Virus record (IMG/VR): IMGVR_UViG_3300029267_004162
Location: 186,001-250,000 of that record
DNA length: 64,000 nt
Strand: one strand, 5' to 3'
Below, piece after piece: positions 10,505 through 19,297 of this stretch. Positions within the stretch are counted from its first letter, which is position 1. Every line of letters begins with the position of its first letter. The notes below the pieces were generated by a model that did not search any database, was not told the DNA's origin, and saw only the letters and a program-made list of their open reading frames with translations. Position numbers and translations under genes: made by a program.

Positions 10505-10860
10505 TATCTCTCCTGACCAAAGAGTAACCAAAGCGTTTGCGCCGGGGGTTGTACTTCAAGTTGATCCCCGAAACAGACTTGTACTACCCCGACCTCCCCC
10601 ACTAGGGTTCCACTGCCAAAGACATCCTGGCAGAGACGAGCCCTTTTAGGTTGAAAAACAGACTGCCCAAAACTAAACCCATCCACCTCGTGTTGACGAC
10701 TATCAAGATCACACCTCGCACACCGGTTGACGGAGGGGCCAATAGCTCCATCTCCTCCCGGCGGGAGTTTGGTATTGGCTATGAAATAGTCAAGACAGTA
10801 AGAGTTGTGAGACCTGAGAATCAGGACGTATCAACTCTTACAACGTACATCAGGAGATGG
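10505..10860. ncRNA. closed ~355-nt structured RNA domain (unassigned; partial group I-like core)
   Basis: terminal helix 10509-10516/10850-10857, 10-bp stem 10798-10807/10832-10841, several internal hairpins, no convincing ORF. Confidence 0.55.
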
Positions 10861-11037
10861 ACATACAACCCCTAGAAGGGGTTCAACCAAAAGGTAAAAA
10901 TTTGTCCATTAATGATTAAAATTAATCAGTATTACGCATATAAGGGTTTATTGCCGATTATTGCGCATCGCCGAATTGGGGGGCGGGGGGAACGGGGCAT
11001 CACTCTATGGATGCTTGGGTCCGTCCCTTGATTAAAT

Positions 11038-12111
11038 TTAAGAATTAGAAGCAATTTGTAATGCAGGTAACCAAATCTGCATTACTACTTTGTTCCTGAG
11101 ACACGCTTCAGTCCCAGGGAGGACAAAAATCGATCCACCAGTCCATCGCAATAAAAAGAAGGACTTGTGGTAACTCCCAAGACAAGATCCGTTAAGCGTC
11201 CAAGGGGCGTCAACGTGCACACGCTCCACATCGGACGGTAACTTCAAATTAACTTCAAGAGAGCTTCCTAATGGTGATCCAACCCACCCACCACCGCAGT
11301 TAATGGCAGCAGCGGGGAATTCGATCAATGAAACCAACCTACTATCCCTGTAATATTCAATTAGTAGAAATGATTCGTTACCTGGTTCGGACAGGCATAG
11401 CCGAACCGAAAACGCATTACATACTCTACGCAATGGATTCCGCCGGTCGGAGTGTGTCGCTCCTGAACGGTGCCTCCTTTTATACTGCATAGGGGTTGTT
11501 GAATGCCTGAATGATCGCCCTTTTGGGTGGCTACTTGTTCGACTCGGATTAACTTTTTTACCGGTCTTTACTTTCGGAAACATCGTTCCACTTACCTGAC
11601 CACGACTGCTACACGAGTTAAACTTAGCCACAGAATCATTTCCTGCCCGGTCTCCACTGCTCTCGGAAGGGTAACGCGAAATATGGATCGACGAGGCAAG
11701 GACTTTGACATTGGCCACCACTACGGAATTGACTTCCGGGGACGGGCTCCAACGCCTAGTTGTAGACACGTGGTGCGCACCGCAATAACCACGTAATTTG
11801 CCAGCTACGCTTTGGGCTATCTCTTCTGGCTTGAGATATCCTGATTCCTTCTGGTGATGTCGCGGCATCAGACCAAAAAGGGGATGAGAAGCTCGGTAGG
11901 CACATGTAGTTGGTATATCTTCCAACCTGCCCTGTGTACTGCTCGGCTCCGGAGTCAGTGTACTGCGATAGTCATAATCTATCAGCAATAGTGGGATAGA
12001 TTTGACGGTAGTCGTGTCAGGCGTGAGTACCACCCCTGACACAGTCGTCATGGCAATAGGTTCGTCGTTAATCAGTTGACTAACACGTGCTCTGCTATAT
12101 ACCAGGGTCAA
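11038..12111 (-). CDS. unexplained 357-codon ORF overlapping the structured RNA
   Basis: long stop-free frame, but no RBS, no recognisable motif and Ser/Arg/Pro/His-rich composition. Confidence 0.3.
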   Translation of the reverse strand: MTLVYSRARVSQLINDEPIAMTTVSGVVLTPDTTTVKSIPLLLIDYDYRSTLTPEPSSTQGRLEDIPTTCAYRASHPLFGLMPRHHQKESGYLKPEEIAQSVAGKLRGYCGAHHVSTTRRWSPSPEVNSVVVANVKVLASSIHISRYPSESSGDRAGNDSVAKFNSCSSRGQVSGTMFPKVKTGKKVNPSRTSSHPKGRSFRHSTTPMQYKRRHRSGATHSDRRNPLRRVCNAFSVRLCLSEPGNESFLLIEYYRDSRLVSLIEFPAAAINCGGGWVGSPLGSSLEVNLKLPSDVERVHVDAPWTLNGSCLGSYHKSFFLLRWTGGSIFVLPGTEACLRNKVVMQIWLPALQIASNS

Positions 12112-12740
12112 ACCTAAACCTACGTCTTGTCGCGATGTATTCCATTGATTAATAAACTCGCGATCTCATTCCCCACAACAAGTGGGCAACCCAGATGATA
12201 TCGACCTGGGACTGGATCAATCAATGAATTGTCTAAAACCACATTCGCATTGGGAATCGAACCCAATTTTACCATTACGAATAAAACTGACGCCGCCTAA
12301 CAGACGGCGTCGGAACTCTACCAACACATGGCAGGTGAGCTACATATCGTCATTTGGATGTTCAATAACTCCACCCCCTCTACTACATTGTGAAATCTGC
12401 CAGTCACCACATCATAACCAAGACAGTCATCGGGGTCAGTATGACCCTCTAACCACGGCAATAGAAAACAACAAACTGACACACTGGTTACAGATAACAC
12501 ACCAGGTTCGCCAGATACAACAGCAGGCACACCATCTTCTATTGGCTCACTGGTCATCTGTGCGGATGTCTCACGTAAGCTTTCGATGATTCCAAACCCA
12601 ACTAGAAATCCAATTAGGACAGGCAGACCATTAGTAATGATCCTTCTCATCAATCGGTCCCTTCCTTACTGTCATCTGTTTTGGGGGTATGACAAAGCAA
12701 AGACGCCGCGAAGATGCGCAACACACATTATGACACATAG
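11040..12740 (-). ncRNA. large, highly structured RNA of unknown family
   Basis: many nested helices (e.g. 11367-76/11633-42, 11527-33/11625-31, 12014-21/12035-42, 12289-98/12302-11), T-loop GGGUUCGAUUCCC at 12249-12267, G-U pairs favour the minus strand; ends approximate. Confidence 0.65.
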
Positions 12741-12751
12741 CAAATCACCGG

Positions 12752-13123
12752 CTATTGTTCGTTACTACCTTCAACTCCGCGAGAGATACGTTCTGTTGTA
12801 CGAATCTTCAGGTTCATCAAAGCAAGTTTAACACTCGTTAAAGCCTTCGCGTTTGCTTCACAGGCGTATTTGCCTTGTTGAAACCCTTCTAAGCGGTCAA
12901 TTACAACAGCCAATAGAGATTCATTTGTCAGACCGTTTGGACCGGCTTCTTGAAGGGGACCGTGTTGGAAGTTAACGGTGACCCCCTGCTCTGGACTCAT
13001 TTTAGGCCCCCAGTTTATATCGTACACATGACAAGCGTTTCCGGGACCGGGTTCATCTATAACTTCAATAGCTATACTGTTTCGTTCTTCATCCGCTATG
13101 TGTGTGGTAATTGTCCGTGACAC
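12752..13123 (-). CDS. tad1: Tad1-family (Thoeris anti-defence) signalling-molecule sponge
   Basis: GPGNACHVY...FQHGP...NG...LLAVVIDRLEGFQ.G.YAC..NA.AL...RT.ERI.RGVEG matches the Tad1 pattern over its whole length. Confidence 0.82.
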   Translation of the reverse strand: MSRTITTHIADEERNSIAIEVIDEPGPGNACHVYDINWGPKMSPEQGVTVNFQHGPLQEAGPNGLTNESLLAVVIDRLEGFQQGKYACEANAKALTSVKLALMNLKIRTTERISRGVEGSNEQ

Positions 13124-13220
13124 GACTCTTCTACCTCACCTTAAATGCCATTGTTAGATGATGGATCGTTCGTTCAAACTTAGCCATTATGGTCGTAGCC
13201 GCCAGCGATAAGCATTTGGT

Positions 13221-13781
13221 TCACTCCGGATCCGGTGGGGGTGAATTATTAGGACGGGAAACAGGTGGTGGTACTGGCGGGGTTGGGGACTTGGGCAAGA
13301 TGTTACCAAATCGTTTGGTCGGGGGGATAACGCTGTAAGCATCCAGGAAGTCTATTCCTGTGCCATACAAATCCACGACAATCGCATAGGTCTCTGGATT
13401 TTCCTGTCGCCACTTACGCTTCAGTGACAGGGGTACGATCCAGAAATAATCCCTGTGATCTGCATTAACGGTAACAATTTGCATACCGTTAAAGAAGCTT
13501 CGAATGAAGAAACCGGGTGTTAATTTCTGGGGCCAGTCTTCCGGTGGGTTTTTGGTGAGAGGTTTTATAGGTGTGGTGATGAAACACCCCCGAGGCTGGC
13601 CGGGTTCTGTTTCCTTGGTCACGTCTACTAACCAAAAGGCATTCTCTAATTCTTTGATGCGGTGTTGGTTATCGTCTAACCAGATACGGTCTGGGACTGC
13701 GATTTTCCCCAGGGTGGCTGAACAAATGATGTTACCTTTTGTGGGGTTATCATTGCGAAAAAACTTGATTACTGTTTTCAA
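13221..13781 (-). CDS. hypothetical protein with Pro-rich C-terminus
   Basis: 186-aa ORF in operon. Confidence 0.6.
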   Translation of the reverse strand: MKTVIKFFRNDNPTKGNIICSATLGKIAVPDRIWLDDNQHRIKELENAFWLVDVTKETEPGQPRGCFITTPIKPLTKNPPEDWPQKLTPGFFIRSFFNGMQIVTVNADHRDYFWIVPLSLKRKWRQENPETYAIVVDLYGTGIDFLDAYSVIPPTKRFGNILPKSPTPPVPPPVSRPNNSPPPDPE

Positions 13782-13790
13782 CGCGACACC

Positions 13791-14081
13791 TTACACTTTC
13801 AGAAGTGAATTTATGAATTCAGCAATTTCTTTTAACATTTCTAATAGCTGGCGAGAAGCAGAGGAATGGGCATCCTCTACGGAAGGCGAACTGGCTTCTG
13901 TGGTAATGAAATTATCTTGCCATATTTGGAGAGATAGTCTTACCTTATAAACGAACCTATCTTTTTCTTTTTGTTGGCTAACGTTATACACCAGCTTCTT
14001 CTTTTTAGACAACTCCGTTGCGTCAACACCCTGAGTTTCCAAAAACCGCATGACAAGATCTGGCCTGTACGCTCTCGCCAT
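13791..14081 (-). CDS. hypothetical protein (possible dsRBD-like alpha-beta-beta-beta-alpha fold)
   Basis: 96 aa; FVYKVRL...EASSPSVEDAHSSASRQLLEML pattern. Confidence 0.5.
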   Translation of the reverse strand: MARAYRPDLVMRFLETQGVDATELSKKKKLVYNVSQQKEKDRFVYKVRLSLQIWQDNFITTEASSPSVEDAHSSASRQLLEMLKEIAEFINSLLKV

Positions 14082-14083
14082 AA

Positions 14084-14947
14084 CTAGATCCTATTCGTAG
14101 TGATATCTAGTATTTGAATGTCACCCACCAAAAGCAAATCCAGAATAGTGTTCGCTAGAGTGGGGGCTTGTTGACTGATTAGCGGTTGGATCTCAAACGA
14201 ATCCACTGCTCCGGTACAACTAAAGGTTTGCACATACTCATAGTTGGGTAACAATTCAATCTTTACTGTGCTACCTATAGATCCGATTACCCGAATACAA
14301 GCGGATTGGATAACACCCGCCAACCCGATCTGAATCTGGGCTCCACTGGTTTCATACACTGGACCAAAATCATTCACTACCAAAGTCAGATCGGTCGAAG
14401 AACTTAGGTGGTAATGGAAAGGCGGGATTTTCTTTTCCACCGCCTTGGCAGCATCAATCACGCTCAATTCTGTTGGTTGGACAATCCAATACCAGTCATC
14501 AGGGTCTGATCCAGAGAGCCATTGCATATGACCTATGACGAGGAACTCATACTCCGCCTCTAACAGGCCCAAATCTTGATAGGTCAAAATGTCCATGTTT
14601 TCATCAGACAGGAACCCTTCGACTATCATGTATTTGGATTCTGAGCTTCTTGTAGTGGTTCCTAGAATCGAGTAGGCCACAACCGTGAAGGAAGCAAGAG
14701 ACCCTTTGCTGACAGTAGGCAACGGTAAAGTGATTAGTTGCTGTTCTTCGATCACTTTACCAGAGGCATACATGTATTTGAATCCAACCGATTCAGAAGA
14801 GTGTACAACCAAAGTGCTGTTGTTGGTGTCTATCTGAATCGGTGGTGAACGGTAGACACCTCTCGGAATGATGTGTTGCATCCAAGCATTTAGTTTGTTG
14901 AAGGGCATAGGGGATAAGAAATCCCACCATCTTAGTTGTTTAGCCAC
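14084..14947 (-). CDS. probable virion structural (baseplate/tail) protein
   Basis: beta-rich, S/T-rich; IPRGVYR-type N-terminus. Confidence 0.45.
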   Translation of the reverse strand: MAKQLRWWDFLSPMPFNKLNAWMQHIIPRGVYRSPPIQIDTNNSTLVVHSSESVGFKYMYASGKVIEEQQLITLPLPTVSKGSLASFTVVAYSILGTTTRSSESKYMIVEGFLSDENMDILTYQDLGLLEAEYEFLVIGHMQWLSGSDPDDWYWIVQPTELSVIDAAKAVEKKIPPFHYHLSSSTDLTLVVNDFGPVYETSGAQIQIGLAGVIQSACIRVIGSIGSTVKIELLPNYEYVQTFSCTGAVDSFEIQPLISQQAPTLANTILDLLLVGDIQILDITTNRI

Positions 14948-15098
14948 GGCTAACCCTACCTGTATTGGTTTTAACTGCTGGTGGTTGAATGGCCATATCC
15001 CATTTGGTTGGGGAGTACGAGGAAAGTAGTGTGGATCTTTGGGATAAACAAAGGTTGATACCCTCGGTCTAAGGGAGTGGGATAAACTCGTTTCTTTG

Positions 15099-17078
15099 TC
15101 ATCCTGCGACCAAAGCCCAAAATGGGATTCTGGTAGTCAATGTGGTAATACGAATATGAAAAACCTCATTGGCGTTCATATGAAGAATGGCTTCGCTGGG
15201 TAAAGTCCACCGTCTGTTTTGAACTCTGGCAGCGACTTGGGGGCAAGCGTCGGTAAGGGAAGTCTCCGGGGTACACGTATATTCTGTGGACCCGATACTG
15301 ATTAGAACCTCCACATCAGTAGGACTGCGGAATTCTTGATCAGTGTTCAGAACGATGTATGGAGCGGAACCAACAGATTGAACTATCAATGGACGTGTTT
15401 GGTAAATTCCCCGAATCAGAGAGGTACTCTCTGGATCCCATTCACATCCATTTCCACCCAACATAGGGTTGGTAGTGCAATCGAATAGGATGGTATCTTG
15501 GTCGTTGTGGAATTTCTGTTGCAGTGCAGAGATAATGGGGCGATCATCCTGTAACGATGCAATTCCACTGCCTCGGCTAGTTTTGATTGTGGCCAACCGT
15601 AGACCTGGGGGAGAAACTTCTTCGTTGAAAACGGCGAGGATGGTGTTGATTGAAGGCCCACCTGTCCCAGAAATTGAGTCAACGCGAATCTTAGTTAGGG
15701 TCTTGAAAGTGTTGGTGCCTTCGACATACTGATCGGGGAAGTATCCTACATGACTGGTGGGGGCTTCAGTCCATGCGCTAGAATCATTTAGGATAACCGT
15801 CTCAGATATGTTGGTACCAGAGGCATCAGTACCGGATAAGGTAACAACAACATTGGCAGTAAAGGAATTAGTTTCCGCGATTCCAATTATCAATTTAGAG
15901 GGGAAGGGCAACTCAACGTTGACGGAAATGCCCTCCGGTACTTGAAAATCGGACAACAAAGCAACTTCTGTGGCCAAACTAGGTGTCAGTCGAGTTGTAC
16001 CAGTTGAGTTGACAATGACTCCCATGTCCAAGGGGAAATGGACGAATTCTTTCGTGGAGTGAATCTGTTGAGTCAAATCAACGGCTGCTCCCTCCGAAAT
16101 CACGACTTCTTTCTCGACAGGGGCTAACACTTCAAATTCTGTGGTTGTTCCGGGGATTGGTTTAACTTGACCCGCATACACAGTGGTATATTCGAATATG
16201 ATATTGCTGCCCCCGGCGTGGAAAAACTGAACCTGTTTTTGAGAAGGCGCGAATGCAGAGTATTTTTCCACACCGCTCTCGGAAGTTTCGATGAAAGAGT
16301 TGGGGAAGTAGGACAGAGTGGCTTGTTTGAGGGCACCAACACTTTCGAACTGGGTACTGGGGATAGTATCAGCAACTCGTTTTCCATGAAAATGTCTTTC
16401 CATGTTACCAACTACAATCCCATCACCGGTAATCAAATCCCAGAAACGCAAGTCATTTTTCAGGGTTAGGTCGTTGAAACTAATCGCATGCGGGTTAGAG
16501 GGTGTTTGTTCCCCCGTTCCCAAATCACTGCGGTGGGTGATATCAACCGGTGTAGCCCATCTGCGAATAGAAACTGTGTAAGACCCACTGAATTCAATTG
16601 TCCAAGAATCATCAGAGGCTATGTATGCCAAGACAGCGATTACTTCTTCATTGGTTTCCTGGACATAGGAACCTATCGGAACTGTTTCGATTTCTCCGGT
16701 TCCAACGATCCGAGTTTTTATGATCTCATTGTAATCAGATAGCTGATCGTCCTGCTCTTCTTCAACAAATTTTGCTACCAGAAAATGATCGGCTTTGGTG
16801 CTGGGGAATGTGACCTCGGTAGTCTCAAATGAATGGAGGTTACCATTCTCAAACAGAACAGTCCCCGAGTGAACGATGACTCCCGTTAAAGACGGATTGG
16901 GTTCAACATAGAAGGGGCTTTCCAATTGAGGGACACTAGGATTATCCGGATCGATGATTCCAGGAGTAGAGAACTCGGTGGTCCGATTGATTAATTCCCC
17001 CTCGATAGAAGATTGGAGAAAATGAATCAAGTCAGAAGTGACTCTGATCCCGACTTTTTGACAATTGATTCTATCCAC
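15099..17078 (-). CDS. probable virion structural (baseplate/tail) protein
   Basis: 659 aa, acidic and beta-rich, PSNPHAISFNDL motif seen in tail proteins. Confidence 0.5.
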   Translation of the reverse strand: MDRINCQKVGIRVTSDLIHFLQSSIEGELINRTTEFSTPGIIDPDNPSVPQLESPFYVEPNPSLTGVIVHSGTVLFENGNLHSFETTEVTFPSTKADHFLVAKFVEEEQDDQLSDYNEIIKTRIVGTGEIETVPIGSYVQETNEEVIAVLAYIASDDSWTIEFSGSYTVSIRRWATPVDITHRSDLGTGEQTPSNPHAISFNDLTLKNDLRFWDLITGDGIVVGNMERHFHGKRVADTIPSTQFESVGALKQATLSYFPNSFIETSESGVEKYSAFAPSQKQVQFFHAGGSNIIFEYTTVYAGQVKPIPGTTTEFEVLAPVEKEVVISEGAAVDLTQQIHSTKEFVHFPLDMGVIVNSTGTTRLTPSLATEVALLSDFQVPEGISVNVELPFPSKLIIGIAETNSFTANVVVTLSGTDASGTNISETVILNDSSAWTEAPTSHVGYFPDQYVEGTNTFKTLTKIRVDSISGTGGPSINTILAVFNEEVSPPGLRLATIKTSRGSGIASLQDDRPIISALQQKFHNDQDTILFDCTTNPMLGGNGCEWDPESTSLIRGIYQTRPLIVQSVGSAPYIVLNTDQEFRSPTDVEVLISIGSTEYTCTPETSLTDACPQVAARVQNRRWTLPSEAILHMNANEVFHIRITTLTTRIPFWALVAG

Positions 17079-17089
17079 AATAAATCTGC

Positions 17090-17356
17090 CTATGTGAGTT
17101 TGTCCGACATATCATAAATCCGAATATCAGAGACAGCGAAATCGATAGCATCTCCGACGATGTCCAGGTTTTCTCTAGTTACCCAATCGGAAAACTTGTG
17201 TTGTGTGTGGGCAATTTCATATCGAATGGTAGCACAAATGGGGTATCGTTTGGCTATCGCTTCGAGGATTATGCGTTTTGCATTTCTTTTTCCGCCTGCA
17301 TCACAATAGAAAAGCCACCTGCACCCATCGTTTTCTGAGCAGTATCGTTTATGCAA
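17090..17356 (-). CDS. hypothetical protein
   Basis: 88-aa ORF overlapping the upstream stop. Confidence 0.5.
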   Translation of the reverse strand: MHKRYCSENDGCRWLFYCDAGGKRNAKRIILEAIAKRYPICATIRYEIAHTQHKFSDWVTRENLDIVGDAIDFAVSDIRIYDMSDKLT

Positions 17357-18320
17357 TTTCTACTTCCAGTTGAGCAGGCTCGAAGTTTTCATATACCGCT
17401 TGCAACAAAATACGTCCTGGAATCCTGCCTCTCCCCTCATATGTGAAGGTGCCTATTTTACGGAGTTGTAAAATTTTGGGGTCTGAGGAGGTTACACTCA
17501 AAGGTATGGCATCTTGTCGGCCCGTTAAAACGAACTGGTGTTTGGTGCCAGTCAGAATAGACTGTGGGCCTGACCACATTGGGTTCCCGTCTAGCCCGAA
17601 TTCGACAGGGACTTCGGTTATGGGGGCTTCACCCAGATTGACATAATCAACTTGTTCGAAGAATAATTCCAGTGTTCTCTCTCCCCAATGAATCTGAGAG
17701 AAGGATGCGCGAACTTCCTCTCGACGATTGATAATGTCGCTGGGTTGAGTCATCTTGGGGAAACACAACTGCCAATTTTGTTGCGGGCTCAGGATTCTTC
17801 CCCCAAAGATCGCGGGGATGTATTTGGTGATTATGTTATCTGCTAGGTGGCCCAGATCTGCCATCACTGATCCGGAATGGGCTGTAGTGAACAGGATGCA
17901 ATTGACCTTATAGGCACTACGAAAAGCCACCTGAGCCCTTTGGACTATGTGCCGGTTTCTTTCAAAACCAGTATTGAGATCCGGCTGTAACACAGGAATC
18001 CCCAGCACAAACTGAATAGCCGGGGTGATCTTCTCTATTTCCTGGTTGTGAACTCGGAATTGAATCTTGACTTCCCCCATGTTTTCATCTGCATCCGTAG
18101 CGTAATTTGCTAGGTTGGGATTGGCTTTGATGAAAGTTCGGTGTTTCCCAGATTTAGACAGGAATTCCCCGAACAGTTCCTCTAAGATAATCTTGAGGGT
18201 TGCTAGGGGTTTGCTCTGTCGAGGGGTATCTGCAACCAGTGCTTCAGTTTTACTCCGGGGAGTGTCGGAGAAAGGGATTTTGAATCTGGCAAGGTTGTAC
18301 GGTGTTGCGTGACTAGCCAT
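17349..18320 (-). CDS. hypothetical, probably virion (neck/tail) protein with C-terminal Ig-like segment
   Basis: 323 aa; SVTSSDPKIL Ig-like motif. Confidence 0.45.
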   Translation of the reverse strand: MASHATPYNLARFKIPFSDTPRSKTEALVADTPRQSKPLATLKIILEELFGEFLSKSGKHRTFIKANPNLANYATDADENMGEVKIQFRVHNQEIEKITPAIQFVLGIPVLQPDLNTGFERNRHIVQRAQVAFRSAYKVNCILFTTAHSGSVMADLGHLADNIITKYIPAIFGGRILSPQQNWQLCFPKMTQPSDIINRREEVRASFSQIHWGERTLELFFEQVDYVNLGEAPITEVPVEFGLDGNPMWSGPQSILTGTKHQFVLTGRQDAIPLSVTSSDPKILQLRKIGTFTYEGRGRIPGRILLQAVYENFEPAQLEVEIA

Positions 18321-18951
18321 TCGTCGTGCTCTCGTTCGTTGGGTCAGGCCCCGACCATCCAGCGGTCGGCGTTAAGCCAACCCTAAACTCATGGAGGTTC
18401 TGTTCTAAAGCATGATCGCCTTCAATTCGATTTGCGTAATACAGCATGCAGGATGCGAAAAGTTCCAAAGGATTCCCCTCGTACGCAACGATGGACAAAT
18501 CCTCATGACCCTTAAGCATGAGTTGCACGGCCCATTCTGAATCACAGTCCCCCTGGCTGTATTCGTTTTGTCTGCCAAAGTAGCTCCCCTGTTTTCCATA
18601 GACGATTTTGGCCACGCCATATTGTAGAAGCTGAGCGAAACAACGGTGACAGGGGAATCCGGTCACATAGATAGTCGAACCTTCCAGATTGGACCCGTTG
18701 GCATTAGCAAAAGCGTTTTCTTCTGAATGGGTAGAGAAGTAGTATTTGTCCGGCCTCTTATCCCAAGGAATAAGATCATCTCGGCAACCTCGGGGTGCTC
18801 CATTATAGCCAAGGGTCAAGATACGATTTTTCTGATCAACGAACACACACCCGTGTTTCGTATCTGGGTCGGGAGACCGCATGGCCACCAAAAAAGCCAT
18901 CGTCATGAAATAATCGTCCCATCCAGGCTTGTCCGTGAATTTCTTATTCAT
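18313..18951 (-). CDS. dCMP deaminase (ComEB family)
   Basis: WDDYFM, RSPDP, GYNG, HSEENA, FPCHRC. Confidence 0.9.
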   Translation of the reverse strand: MNKKFTDKPGWDDYFMTMAFLVAMRSPDPDTKHGCVFVDQKNRILTLGYNGAPRGCRDDLIPWDKRPDKYYFSTHSEENAFANANGSNLEGSTIYVTGFPCHRCFAQLLQYGVAKIVYGKQGSYFGRQNEYSQGDCDSEWAVQLMLKGHEDLSIVAYEGNPLELFASCMLYYANRIEGDHALEQNLHEFRVGLTPTAGWSGPDPTNESTTNG

Positions 18952-19274
18952 TGCGCAATTATCCTCTTGATCAACCTTGGTACTTCTTTTCGGGCGAAGA
19001 CTACCAGTTTGTGAGAATCAACATGGAGAGATAGAAACACGTCCAGGCAAAGAAGCAACCAGATCAGGCTTTCCTCTATTCGCCACCCTCTTCGAAATGC
19101 TCTATAGCAAGAGATTGTTTGCGTTTCCGTGGGAAAGGCTTTGAAATTGGCCTTGAAGTGTTCCGTAAACTCTTGTAAATCTTGGCTTCCGATACTGTGA
19201 TAGTAAGATTGTACACACCCCATCATCGGATTAGGTGATGTCGGTAGCGAAATCCTTGCTCTTGTCATTACCAT
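18948..19274 (-). CDS. hypothetical protein
   Basis: ATGA-coupled to the deaminase. Confidence 0.5.
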   Translation of the reverse strand: MVMTRARISLPTSPNPMMGCVQSYYHSIGSQDLQEFTEHFKANFKAFPTETQTISCYRAFRRGWRIEESLIWLLLCLDVFLSLHVDSHKLVVFARKEVPRLIKRIIAQ

Positions 19275-19297
19275 TTAGTTTGAGAAAGCACCCATTT

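Noticed and set aside
10430-10900. Cobalamin riboswitch upstream of B12-dependent nrdJ
   Set aside because: No AGGGAA/GCCACUG/B12-box consensus on the minus strand
12318-12653. 111-aa minus ORF as a membrane protein
   Set aside because: Lies in hairpin-rich sequence, no motif; cannot be supported, though not excluded
10980-12745. Group II intron, tmRNA, RNase P or SRP identity for the large RNA
   Set aside because: No domain V hairpin, no ACCA end after the T-arm, no GAGGAAAGUCC, no correctly ordered SRP helix 8
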